Shown: one piece after another, positions 38,890 through 52,300 of the stretch | Position numbering within the stretch: the first letter of the stretch is position 1 | Layout of the letters: every line of letters starts with the position of its first letter | DNA from: Chara braunii | Taxonomy: Eukaryota; Plantae; Charophyceae | NCBI GenBank assembly: GCA_003427395.1 | Contig: BFEA01000027.1 | Location: forward strand, 2,477,335 to 2,535,036 | Length of the DNA stretch: 57,702 nucleotides | Reading direction: 5' to 3' | Position numbers and translations under genes: made by a program | The notes under the pieces: generated by a model | Databases searched by the model: none | Told to the model about the DNA's origin: nothing | What the model saw: only the letters and a program-made list of their open reading frames with translations

Positions 38890-40610
38890 TGTTGCGCACG
38901 GCGGTCCCGCGCCCTGCTGGGGACGCTGAACCTCACGGTTGTGTCACGCAGGATTTATTTTCGTAGAACAACTTGTTACCACTGCAACCGTGCGCGCGTA
39001 CTATACCTCTCCCGACGCCCTGCGACAGGTCGGGACGTCGCGGGGTACAACTTACCTCTACCCGAGGGGCTATCACCACCCTCAGGTAGGCGTATCCCTG
39101 CTGAGCTACCGGCCCACGTGCGAAGGCTTTTACATGCCTGAGTAGAGGTAGGTCGGCCGAGGGCGTTTGCTCGATCGCTGTAGCATGAAATGGGGTACGC
39201 GTGGTAAGATGCCTAGGACTGACCCGTTAGATACTCAGGTCGAACTTTGAGACGGTCGTCTTATTTCCGCTTTTTATTCTCAAAACACGTTCTCCTTCTA
39301 ACCTCTACGATCAACGTATCAAAACCTTGTCACTATCAAAGATAATCTATTCCACTCAACGTATGACTGATCATCAGATAGCATATAAGACTCGATTATG
39401 AATAGCGAGGTATTACCGCTGGGAACCCTTCCCACTTTGACAAGTGTTGAGTGTCCAAACTCTTCACGATGTTAATTCCAGTCTTGCCCAAATCATGCAC
39501 AAAACAGACCTGCACAACATAATGCAAAGACAGTTCACATGCCATGCATTAACGGCGTCAACCATCAATCACTGACATAGTCCCTCACTCCCCGAACCAT
39601 GCATGAAAGCTCTATCTTTCCTGAGATGCAAGCCCAGCCCCCTCACATCTATTCAAAGGACCCTTGAGAGTGACCTGGACCATTTAGGCGATGACCACAG
39701 GTGACAGTTTTACTCTCCACAGGGTTTGTTTTTGGATGTAGGTATCAAGTCAAAGTGGAAAGAGTTGAATCGGCAACGATCGACCTGTTATCGAGTGATA
39801 ACAGAAAATTGGGTCCTTTATGTAGGATTTTCTCCTTCAATTGCAGTAGACCAAAGCAAAAGACCTGCATACAAACAGGTCAACAAGGATTCAACATCCC
39901 CACTTGATCCCCCACATAATGATATCTAAGGTTCAAGCCTCTTAGTTCTGGTTTGTGAACTTTAGGATCAACATCCCAAAGTCTAACTCCTAGCTTCTAC
40001 CTACCCTGAGTCGTCTGTCACTCCTCCTTCTTTTATTTCAAGGAGTCCCCTCGCCTGTATCCTGAGTTGTCTTTTAGGAAAACTTCACATTTTCTCCTCC
40101 TTTCAGTCCTTGCATTCTCTCTCTTGCGGATAAGCACACTCTTTTGTGCTTTACGAGGTAGTCCGGTTGAGATCAACTCAAACCAGTGGGGGTTTCTTCG
40201 ATGAATTGTGGCTATACGGTATTTTTTTTCTAGTTCTTTTTTCCCGCGGTGTTCGCCCTTCTCTTACGTTCCTTTTAAGGAACCTTTGGAGTTGCTCCCG
40301 ATGGAGCACTCCTTTTCCTTTCTCTTCTTGCTTGTTCTGACATACGCAAGTAGTGGGCTGATTCACCCGGGAATTTTTCATTACTTGATCAACTCCAAAC
40401 AATCTGTTAGTCAGAAGTGTAGTCGAGCCGCCCCACGGTAGCACTCAGTCATCCCTCAAAGTTCACGCAATCCTCATGTGATCAAGCAGCTCATGCCATC
40501 TAGTGTAAGTGATCGGATAACTCACCCGGGAGTATCCCTTTACTGTCTAAACACAATCATTATTTCTTCACTAGTAAACCTCTAAATCAAACAAGTATTA
40601 GGATAACCCG
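38890..40610 (-). repeat. 5' LTR, U5-side part only, truncated at an ACCCGGGT palindrome
   Basis: Colinear with 14239 to ~15957 and immediately adjacent to the PBS. Confidence 0.88.
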
Positions 40611-43267
40611 GGTAAGTACCCTGCTACTTGTCTTGTTGGACTAATGGATTGACAACGTTCGATACTAATGGTCTAACTAAAGTTAACAAGTTTGTTTAAT
40701 GATTAGTTAACTCGGACATTTATGGCAGGAAGATGTAGTGCATCCTCCCTATTGATAGGCAGGTTACATTGACAACCGTCATTTGATCCAGTACTTCCGT
40801 GAAGTACACTCCTTTAACTAACAAAGAACCAATTGATCCGGTACTTCGTGAAGTACACCCTTCAGCTTAACAGAAGTCATTTGATCCGGTACTTCCGTGA
40901 AGTACACTCTTTCAAACTTAACAAAAGTCATTTGATCGGTACTTCCGTGAAGTACAATCCTACGATCGTTAACAACAACCATTGAATTCTCCTATCACTT
41001 GATTTGACTAAGACTTAGGAAGGGAATCAAGTACTCCCGGGTGAGTACGTGATTTCCTAAGTTTAAGTCAATCTAGTAAGCTTCTGTGAAAGTTGACTGG
41101 TCCCCTACACATCGAACTGGTATTAGATGACTCCCGGGAGGGTTATCTTAATACTTTGTTTGATCTGGGGATCAACTAACAAGAAAAGGATGAGTTGATT
41201 ATGTTTGGACAAGTAAAAGAGATACTCNCGGGTGAGTAACCCTGCTGCTTTCTCTGGTATGACTAATGGATTGNCATTACTTGGATACTAATGGCCTAGC
41301 TATTTAANATTGGATCAGGTTACGAGGAGCTCCCATGGAGTTCTCCTCTCACTTGATTTGACTAGACTTAGGAAGGGAATTAAGTACTNNCGGGTGAGTG
41401 CACGAACTCTTAAGTCTAGGTCAATCTGGTCGACTTCCGTAAAAGTCGGCATACCTCTTGCTCGTTCGCGACGAGTGGGCAAAGTAGGGGAACAGTCAAG
41501 GCTATTCAACTTGGAGTTGTTTTGACTGATCTCCTACTCATCGAACTGGTAGTAGGGTAACTCCCGGGAGGGTTATCCTAATACTTGTTTGATTCAGAGG
41601 TTTACTAGTGAAGAAATGATGATTGTGTTTAGACAGTAAAGGGATACTCCCGGGTGAGTTATCCAATCACTTACACTAGATGCCATGAGCTGCTTGATTA
41701 CATGAGGATTGCGTGAACTTTGAGGGATGACTGAGTGCTCCCGTGGGGCGGCTCGACTACACTTCTGACTAACAGATTGTTTGGAGTTGATCAAGTAATG
41801 GAAGATTCCCGGGTGAATCAGCCCACTACTTGAGTATGTCAGAACAAGCAAGAAGAGAAAAGAAAAGGAGTGCTCCATCGGGAGCAACTCCAAAGGTTCC
41901 TTAAAAGGAACGTAAGAGAAGGGCGAACACCGCGGGAAAAAGGAACTAGAAAAAAGATACCGTATAGCCACAATTCATCGAAGAAACCTCCACTGACTTG
42001 AGTTGATCTCGGCCGGACTACCGCGTAAAGCACAAAAGAGTGTGCTTATCCGCAAGAGAGAGAATGCAAGGACTGAAAGGAGGAGAAAATGTGAAGTTTT
42101 CCTAAAAGACAACTCAGGACACAGGCGAGGGGACTCCTTGAAATAAAAGAAGGAGGAGTGATAGACGACTCAGGGTAGGTAGAAGCTAGGGGTTAGATTT
42201 TGGGATATTGATCCCAAAGTTCACAAACCAGAACTAAGAGGCTTGAACCTTAGATATCATTACGTGGGGGATCAAGTGGGGATGTTGAATCCTTGTTGAC
42301 CTGTTTGTGTGCCGGTCTTTTGCTTTGGTCTACTGCAATTGAAGGAGAAAATCCTACATAAAGGACCCAATTTTCTGTTATCATTCGATAACAGGTCGGT
42401 CGTTGCGGATTCAACTCTTTCCACTTTGACTTGATACCTACATCCAAAAACAAACCCTGTGGACATCGCCTAAATGGTCCAGGTCACTCTCAAGGGTCCT
42501 TTGAATAGATCTGAGGGGGCTGGGCTTGCATCTCAGGAAAGATAGAGCTGTCATGCATGGTTTGGGAAGTGAGGGACTATGTAAGTGGTTGACGGTTGAC
42601 GCCGTTAATGCATGGCATGTGAACTGTCTTTGCATTATGCTGTGCAGGTCTGTTTTGTGCATGATTTGGGCGGGACTAGAATTGACATCGTGAAGAGTTC
42701 GGACACTCAACACTTGTGAAAGTGGGAAGGGTTCCCAACCGTAATACCTCGCTATTCATAATCAAGTCTTATATACTATCTGATGATCAGTCATACGTTG
42801 AGTGGAATAAATTATCTTTGAAAGTGACAAGGTTTTGATACGTTGATCGTAGAGGTTAGAAGGAGAAAGTGTTTTGAGAATAAAAAGCGGAAATAAGACG
42901 ACCGTCTCAAAGTTCGACCTGAGTATCTAACGGGTAAGTCCTAAGCGTTTTACCACACGTATCCCATTTCATGCTAAAGCGATCGAGCAAACGCCCTCGG
43001 CCGACCTACCTCTACTAAGGCATGTAAAAACCTTCGCACGTGGGCCGGTAGCTCAGCAGGGATACGCCTACCTGAGGGTGGTGACAGCCCCTCGGGTAGA
43101 GGTAAGTTGTACCCCGCGACGTCCCGACCTGTCGCAGGGCGTCGGGAGAGGTATAGCACGCGCGCACGGTTGGAGTGGTAACAAGTTGTTCTACGAAAAT
43201 AAATCCTGCGTGACACAATCGTGAGGTTCAGCGTCCCCAGCAGGGCGAGGGACCGCCGCGCACGACA
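40610..43267 (+). repeat. Inverted partial copy of the same LTR
   Basis: Reverse complement of 14239 to ~16917. It ends ...GCGCACGACA and no PBS follows. Confidence 0.88.
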
Positions 43268-43899
43268 ACGTGTATGTGAACCTCGTGCCTAGCTAGAACA
43301 ATGGTCAGGTTCACGCACACTAACCTGAAGCAAGTCCAAATGTACGCAGGGTCATTTAGACGGGAGAACAAGAGGGTGAAAGCAGAAGGTAGAGAAGAGG
43401 GAGGAGGCAGAAAGAGGAAGAGGAAGTGAGAAGAGGAGAAAAAAAAAAAAAAGGATAAAATGTTGAAGGAGGTGGAAAAAAAAACACGATAAAAAGTTTA
43501 AGCTTCGAGCATGATTTGTTGCGATTGAGTGTCATTGCGACACCCTCACGATCAATAATTTTTAAAACTTTAAATGAAATCTTGAGTGACCCCTCCTACA
43601 TCTTGAGAGTCTCAGTGTTTTATTTTTATCCAACCTTCTATTACTATCTGAGAGGTTTTTGTGATGAGAAAATCAGTGGCAGAATGTCACTCAGACCAAA
43701 TTGAGCCGAGACTATATCAAACGGGATCTCAGGCCGTCCATCGATTGCTAGAGTTCCTTTTGAAACTCCGACCTTCGAACAAACTGTTTGTATGACTAAA
43801 TGTGTAAGCTTTCTTGACCTTATTCATAACCGAGAATTTGATAGAAGAGGATAACTATGCGGGTGTATAAAAAACGTTGCCTGAAAGAAAAAGAAGAAA

Positions 43900-46760
43900 C
43901 CTTAATTGCACCGAAAATTAACCTAAATTGCTTAAATTAAAGAAAAAGTGTATGAGAATATCGAAATGTCTTCAGTGAGAGTCATTGTTTCGTTTGCCTA
44001 TGTCTTAAACTGATAATAAGAGGCTTCAGTGTGGGTCGCTCTATTATTTGTTTGACCCTACTTTGATTGACATTAAAGGAGGGTACGAATCATGAAAATT
44101 GACAGTTAGTGAGATACTTTAGTGAGGATCGTCCTATTAGTTGTTTGGAGTTAGCCTGCACGATATTAAAGGGGCAGTAGGAGGCACCAAGCAGAATCAT
44201 CTTATTGCTAGCTTGAATTTAAACTAACCAATGTTGAAAGAATAGTAACGGTTTCAGTATAAGTCGTTTTACTACTTGCTTTCTGACTGTTTACGTACCC
44301 TCAACTTATATAACGTCAAGCGGGTAGCTGGATACTTCAGTGAGGGTCATCTTATTACTTGTTCGAAAATTTGGCTACGTATTACTCAAAAAGATAGTAC
44401 GTGACTCCAATGAGGAATAACCTATTATCAGTCAGAATTTAAACTAATTATTATCTCAAAGGTAGTGGGATACTCCATTGTGAATCATCCTACTACTTGT
44501 CTTCTGCTTGACCATACAAAATCGATTTGTCTAACATCGAACAGGTAGTCTGATACTCCAGTGTGGGGCATCCTATTACTTTTTTAAGTCAGACTGCGTA
44601 ATATTGAAGAGATTGCACGCGGCTGGAGAAAGGGTCAACCTATTATCAACTTGAATCTAAAGTAATTAAGAAAGAAAAAGGGATAGGATATTTCATTGTG
44701 AGTTATATTATTGCTTGTTTTCTGCTTACTTACATACAATCTGTTGAAACGGGTAGTAGGGTACTTCAAGGAGTATCATCCTACTGCTTGTTTGAAGTTA
44801 GATTGTGCCATATTTGAACATGTAGTAAGACACTCCGGTGAGTATCATCCTTTTACGTGTTTGAAGTCGGACTGCGCAATATTAAAAAGGTAGTAGGGGA
44901 TTCCAGTGAGGGTCATCCCATTACTTACTTGACATCTACACTAACTTATGTTAAAAATTCAATGTTGTGTGGTTACCTATTGGATGCTAAACAAAAACTG
45001 ACATACTCTAGTGTGAACTATCCTACTGTTTGTTTAGCATTGCAAGGTAGTAGGGTACTCCGGTGCGAGTTATCCTACTACTTATCTGGATTAATTGAAT
45101 ATCGTTTTGTTTGTTGTTATATGTATGCGGGTTGAATAATATTGAAAGGGTAGTTATATACTCGAGTGTGAGTCATTTAACTACTTGTTTTGACTCAACT
45201 TGCCTGGTATTGAACAAATGGTCAAAGACTCAAATGCGAGTCAATTTACTACTTGCATAAGCCCAACCAATAAAAAACCGAGAGAGTGAAACAAATATAA
45301 TCAATTGTGAATCTTCCTTTTACTTACCCGATGATATGTTGATCGGGTTAATAAAGCGGCAGGATAAAAATTCAGTGTGAGTTGTCCTACTGCTCGATTG
45401 AATTCATATTGACTAATAAGTATGAGAATGAAAGTTACAGTGAAAGTTTTCATACTGCATACTTACATTTAGTCGGGTAAAATTATAGTCTTTCGTTAAA
45501 TATGAAGTTCGAATTATTGAACTTCAGATAGGGTTATATCAATAGCAAAGGGGTGTTGAGACTGTGTTGACCTTTATATGATTTTAAATCATCTCAACTA
45601 ATAAATTATTCAAAGATGACTCATTATGAGTTCATATATGACTACATGTTGTTGCCTTATGGGAACAAGTTGGTTTTCTGACTTAACCTTGACTCACCCT
45701 CGACACTCACACTTTACATCGACCTTTGCACAAAAAGGCATTTCTGATTCTTTTATCATTGTTTAAATTATATGTGTTCGGTCAGAAACAGTCCTTGAAT
45801 GACTACAATAAGATGAGACTGAATGACTAAGTCGAAAATGAGGTGTCTGGTTGAGAGGTTTTGAAGTACAAGTGTCATGTGAGTGGAAGTGAATAAATGG
45901 TTGACTTTGTTATAAATGTGTAATACGTTTGATTTTGTTTCCGGATCAGTAAAACGACAATTCATGCGTTATTCACTATGTAACTCATATTGACAAATTT
46001 ATGTTTATCTGAACCCTTACTCGAACACTCCATCGACGCATAATGCTTGTACATTTAGTTTGGATATCAGACTTTTATATTTCCAGCCGTTAAGGAGATT
46101 AGGATCATTGACAAGGCGAAAAATCTTACACAATTCATACTTATTTTTGATGCATTATTGAACGATCAAGAGTCTATGTTTGTTTTTCTTCCAAAAGTCA
46201 AAGCTTTGTACATTGTGATGTTTGTCTTTGTTAAATGTAAAGGCATCTCATTGCTTTTAAGTCTCAATCCTTAAAAAATAAAAAACAGTTTTTGTTGTAT
46301 GAATAATTTATGGGTTAAGCTTAATAGATTAACATTTTATATGCATGAAAGTTCGTCAACCAAGTCAACTTGAATCATAAGTCGATTCGGAAGATCAGCG
46401 CCTCGATGTCCAGCACACATACGAGGTCAGTCTTATGCGTTTTACCACGCGTACGCCTATACTGCAACGATCGAGCAAATGCGCTCGACTGGCTTACCTC
46501 TGCGATTGCAAATAAAAACCTTCGCTCGTGAGTCAGTAGCTCCGCAGGAATACACCTACCTAAGGGTGATGATAATCCCTCAGGTAGAGATGAGATGCAC
46601 CTCGAGAAACTCTGTCTTGTCGCAGAGAGCCGTGAGAGGTTCAGTTGGCGCGCACGACCAAAGTGGTATCTCGCTGACTCAAATGCAATGACTTAATCAT
46701 GCGTGACACGACCATAAGGTCTGACACTTACCACAGGGGGTGAGACCACTGTGCCCGACA
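43900..46760 (+). mobile_element. Older, diverged LTR of a related family (left boundary uncertain)
   Basis: 46425-46760 is a degenerate match to 42935-43267 and ends GTGCCCGACA. The upstream array shares the GATACTCC(C)GGTGAGTTATCC motif with the young LTR. Confidence 0.6.
43970..45460. repeat. Degenerate ~68/84-bp tandem array, ~20 units
   Basis: Recurring GGTAGTAGG.GATACT.CAGTG.G.GTCATCCTA(C/T)TACTTG, e.g. at 44119, 44187, 44254, 44338, 44408, 44476, 44559, 44767, 44835 and 44904. Confidence 0.8.
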
Positions 46761-49700
46761 CCGTGTTCTGGAAGAGCGATTTGACTAAAACATCCTCCTT
46801 TGTTATTGTGGTGCATAGATGTTTGGTCGTATCGTTTTCCAAGTCTTGAGGACCGCACTCTAGAAAGTTGACTTCGACCTTTTTCTTTGATTAAGTCCAA
46901 GAAGAGATACAACCACACATTTTATGTCCTACTGAGGCCCGACTCTCTTATTATAATTATTTATGCAAGAACAATCTAGTACTGTCATGTGTTGAACCTC
47001 CAACACTTCCACTGCAGTCTCTTGCCCGGGATGGTTTTTCATTATCTGCCCTTTCTTTTCTTCTTTTATTTTATTTGAGGGGTTCATTTGTCAAAATACG
47101 CCCACATTTCACCAATCATTTATACAAGAAGACCCATAATAACCTTTAGCCACGTTTTAAAGACCTTCATATCAAAGTTTTTTGTGTTGTATTGCATATC
47201 ATGACCTTTCTTGCCGAACCTTCAGGTTTGGTGATTGAATGAGTGTAACTGTCTAACCTACTTCTTATTGACTATTATGCGTTAGCATTTCAGAGACGTT
47301 TGTTAACTGCAAAATTATACTGGCCATGTAAAACAAATACTCTTAATACAAGCGATCTTAAGTGCAACGAAGTTGCCTCTACGAATAAAATATGATAACG
47401 TTTTTAACACACATATTCGTATCCATAGAAACATTAGGAGCTCAGCCAGGCGGCTGCGCTACCCTTTTTTCCTTTTGCCGTTTAGAAGGGTTACCGCATT
47501 GGAAAATGTCGACGAATGCAAGCGAGGTTTAAAGCAGTTTAGAGAGGACGGAAAGGCGTTGTAAAAGGGTGAGGTTATTGCCACGAGACCGACCGGTCAG
47601 TGCAATGGTCGTGGGAGGCGTTGAGGTTTGGAGGAGATGATGCGCTCTGTTGCGGAGGTCATGTGGTTGTTTGTGTGGACGGAGCCCATTTTTTTATTTT
47701 TTTTTACGAAGGTGTTATTTTTTTAGGCCTTATTCGAGGGTCGATCGAAACTGTCTTCCGGCACGGCCTTGAGCTCTACTGGCAGATTCGACTGAGTGTC
47801 GTGGTCCTTTACTCAGCAAATGTGCAAAATGAAAACGAACTGTCTCGAAGCCTCGGCGGAGTGCCATGGTGAACGAATCTTCGCCCAGATAAGCGAAAGA
47901 TACACCGTCTGGGAGTCGAGTTCCCCCATACGAGGAGCACATCGTCGTTAGTCCCTCTGATTACCCGACCTTGTTATTCTTTATCCCCCTCCCTGTCGTC
48001 GACGAGAAACTGCTTCTTGCATGAGACCCGCAAAGACTTGTCGACTCTTCTCTGTCGGATAGTCGTCCTCCCTCTACCTTCCCACCCGCCACCGTTATAC
48101 CCATCTTCCTCCTCCGTTGGACAACCTGATCCCATTCCGACGATTACTCCTCTCATTCAACATTTCAGCCAACACTCCTCCTTTTGCGCCTCGCCACTGG
48201 CTTCTTCTATCTCTTCCTCCTCGTCCTCATCATCATCATTGTCATCATCCTCATCATTGCTAACATTGCCGCTGTCACAAATATGTTGAACCCCGCTAAG
48301 CATTCGGCTAACACTCGTGCCCCGACAGTACCTCATTTCGTCTAAAGACATAAAATTTGCTCATATATTCTCTCTCTCTCTCTCTCCCCCCCCTCCACCT
48401 GTCTTTCTCTTGCCTGCTCACCTTGATCATGTGGTGACCAAGGCTATAAAATGTTGTTTCATTATAGTTTCACCGATTCGTCATAGAGTCCCTCGACTGA
48501 CAACGCTTAATACATTGGAGGGTGCAATTGACACGTTCCCCAATGAAGATTATGCTCAACTTGTCTATACTAATCACTGAATTGGGTTATCGAGTTCTTC
48601 TTTGACTTGTTCGAGTGAGCTTGCTTGCACACGTGCATCAGTGTGTGTATGTGTGAGCCCGCGCGTGCACATACACACGCATTCAGTTTGGAATCACATG
48701 CCCATACGGGTGCGTGCATGCACGTATGTGCATGTTTGCATGCGTGTGTGTGTAAGTTCCCTCACCCAACAAAAGCATATTGTTACCAGTCATTCATCAG
48801 ATGGGAGGGGGAGAAGAAAAATGTTGCTCCTTTCCTCCTCTGTTTGCTATCCCTCTGCTCAACCGCGAACACATCCATCTCTCACCCATTCACTCGGCAA
48901 TGAGAAAAGTGAAGAGAGTCATAAGAGACAAGGCAAACCTTGTTAGTCCATATCTACAGTCATATCATATGATCACGTAACTGCAAGACGTATGAGCGAG
49001 AGAGATAGACAAAACACGTTGTAGGACAGATAATCCAAAACCAAGTAGAAAGCATAATACACTGAGATATAAGCAAAATAAAAACAATACAATGAGCTCA
49101 AATGTCGATGTGGACACTCTCTTGCCACACCAATATAGTATCCAATGTCGCTCTTCCAGCTTCGCGCTCAACGTCCAGCCTATCCTTCTTAGACTATCAA
49201 GCCTGCAATACGTTCATGCAACTGGAGTCACTTCGAAGTCGAATACCAATGTACGTGACGACGTCACGAATGCAGACTGCCATCATATACTGGGTACTTG
49301 TCCTTTTTTGACATCCTATAATGTGCATCCTCAACACCCCAAAACCACCATCACCATCACCGACATTCGCGAGAATAAGCCTGGTTCTTGCCGCTCGAGC
49401 CCTGTTACCCAGCAGCGCCCCTCTCACCTCTGGCGCCCGTGTGCGCCTTTCACCCAACACCCCAACAGCCTGCCAGCACCCATACCAATAGTGTGGCCGA
49501 AAGTAACCTCCAGGTTGATCACAACGGAGCAGCATGGACACTTAGCAGCGCAGGTCAGAGTGTCCCGCTGGTTGGGCGCCCACTTTCCTTAACGTGAAGG
49601 ACCGACGGAGATGACGGTCTGTCAGGATGAAGGCGAAAAGGATGAAGACGCGAGAGATAAAGATGGAGTTGGAAAGGACAACGCAGCTCTGACGTAGACT

Positions 49701-51399
49701 CAACGAACTTGTACTTTAAACTGTGCAAATGAGGAATGAAGGGCAAAACAAACTTCAACTGGGGTATACTCCCAACGGACTGACTGGACTGGACTCGTCG
49801 GGCTTAGTACCAATTGTGGTACTGGGCAAGACTGTACTGGATTAAATAACACACGACACGTGGGGTCAAGCCACGACCTGGTCCCATAGGACGAACACGC
49901 AGAATAGCCAAAGAGCCCTGGCTCTAGGCCAGGGCAGCCAAAGGCACGCTGAATGATCCTCAAACCCGTAGTGGATCACAAGAACCATAAACACGGTTTC
50001 GTAAAAGCAACGACACTCTGCAACAGTAAAGCCAAAAAATTTAAGATACAACGCAAACTCAATGCAGAATCTATGTGATTCAACCTAAGCTACATAATGT
50101 CAAGAAAAACAAAAAAGTGTGGTATACACATCATAATTAACAACAAGAAATGAAATGTAACAGGGTATAATCCTAACGTCCTATAGGTAATTCCCTTGAT
50201 ACTGAAAGAAAAAGATAGCAATATGTCACAAGATAATCTTATGTCGCTGAACCCCTAAAAGTGAGATGGTATCAGAGGGGGTGAATGCAGCTTAAGAATC
50301 GAAACTTCTAAGGACTGTAACACAAAAAAGAGGGATAAATTATCAGGCTTAGCGAAAGAAAACCAGTAAGTTACCATAATAGATAGATCATCAAGGCGAG
50401 TAATGCTCGACAAAAGGATAACAACATGTAGGGTCGACCATGAAAGGGGAGCCTGGGATATAAGGATATGCTTAATTGTAGGTATGCAGTGGCCAACACT
50501 AAGGTGATGAGGGCAGTGAGTGAGCGAAACATGCACACAACTCACCGACTGGGGAGGGAACAAGATCTGGGAGTAGGGAAGTCAAGATAACGCTTCGGTC
50601 TTAATGCATATGCGATACCAAAGGAGAGTCAAACTTAGGGAGAACCAACTTAAAGTAAGTGAGAACATCATGCAACACATATTAAGGAACGCACAAGGTA
50701 GAGTGGTGGTGTAAAATAGTAACGTCCAAAATAGTTGAAGCCGATAACGTAGTTAAAGTTGTCAAAGTTGTCCATGAAGTACGAATCAAATCGATGTCAC
50801 AAAACGAGTACGAATCAAATCGATGTCACAAAACATCGACATCCTGAAGAAATTGATAATGAAGTACATGACAGTGTGAGTTAGTGGTAGGAAATAGGTA
50901 GGTGCTAAGAGTGTCAGTCATTGAGACGCTACGGCGTCGACGAATGTGCTATGGAAGTGTGGAGACATTCGTCTGCGGCTGAAGAAAGGTCTCATAAGGG
51001 GTATGCTGGAGGAACGCACTTGGGAGGAATGGTTGGGGGGAAGGACTCCTTGGGGTGTGAGGGATATGTTCATATCAAATGAGCCTTGGATCCCCGTATG
51101 AGGATTTTCGGATCCCATCGGAGTCGTTAACGCATCTTTGATTTTCCCTGTTGATTTCTTTCTCACATCCTTTCCCCCTTCTTTTCCTTTTCATTCCTTC
51201 GTCTTCGTGAAATCTAGCGAAGAGGATAAGGTTGGATTCATTAGTGAGGCACCAAGAGAGTTTTTGGATCTCCATGAGATTGACTAATTACCCTTATCCT
51301 TATTGGACTTTTTTATCTTCATTTTTTTCTTTTTCTAACGAAAACTGCTCTCCTTTATAGCAGGTCGATTCTCAACTTTCTTATTACTGTGAGGAACCA

Positions 51400-52300
51400 T
51401 CATCTTTGAGGAACCGTTAATTTCTCGTCTACTATATCGTCTTCTGGCACATTTGTAGCTTTGGCCTCATCTCGAGCTTTATCTGAGGCCGAAGTTTTTT
51501 TATGCTCATCAGGTTGGTGATTTGTTGTATGATCGACTATGGTATTTACCTTATGAGTAACGATAACCTCCTTCGTGTTTGAGACCGTCCCTTGAAATTT
51601 TTTTTTTTCTTCTGGGAGGTTGATCTCTCGTTGATTAGACAAGCCTCATCCTCATTTGAATGAAATTATTTACAACACTTTTTACACCAAGCCGAATCCG
51701 CACAAGCGATATTGGAATCTACCCAGCCATCGTCTTTCATATCACTAATAAAATGTTGCTTATATGAAAGTCGAGTTTTGGCTTCCATATCGAACCTGAT
51801 ATTTAAGAAATCGGGCGATATTGGATCGATAAAAACCTTATGGATATCTTCCCAAATGCTTTCTAGACAACACCTTCCACATGAGGAAGCACCGAGATAG
51901 GTTTTCGGATGACCTTGATCCAAAAGTATTGGAGTATATAAACCTCGCTCCAATGCTCCTTCATCCAGGGCCTGGATGATGTATGTTTTGCCATCCATTT
52001 CAATATTGTTAGTGTTTTTTTTTTATCATTTACTTGACGATTTTGTCAGAACTCGCCACACATGTGACAAGGTTCTTTCCATCGCAACAGAACACCACTC
52101 GTTTGGGGGGTATGTTCATGTCTGTAGCGAGAGACCAAACCTCCTCATAGGTGCACATCAATCTGTTTCTTACGGATATTGGCAAGACTTTAAAATCGTT
52201 TTCAAACTGGACTGATACTGCGTGCTCATCAAACCATTCGGCTTGGATCTCGTAGAAATCATTGTTGACGACCACTCAGACGAAAGTCATCACCTGCATC
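51400..52300 (-). pseudogene. Decayed retroelement ORF, likely LINE ORF1-like with a zinc knuckle
   Basis: Collinear ORF fragments 52030..52275, 51666..51998 and 51400..51642, with a WCKKCCK*FH...C knuckle remnant. The family assignment is from resemblance only. Confidence 0.45.

Larger units (their letters stand above)
14239..43267 (-). mobile_element. Giant decayed Ty3/Gypsy LTR retrotransposon (non-chromovirus, tRNA-Asp PBS) with extra ORFs and a rearranged 5' LTR
   Basis: Homologous LTRs start at 14239 and 38890 with a PBS adjacent to the latter. The minus strand carries gag-PR-RT-IN in that order, with a GPF motif and no chromodomain. Confidence 0.85.

Noticed and set aside
42780-42830. 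Hammerhead ribozyme in the LTR (CTGATGA)
   Set aside because: No properly placed GAAA core or flanking stems were seen.
43970-45460. CRISPR-like repeat/spacer appearance
   Set aside because: The 'spacers' are related to each other, the repeats are degenerate, the context is eukaryotic with no cas genes, and the motif is shared with the LTR.
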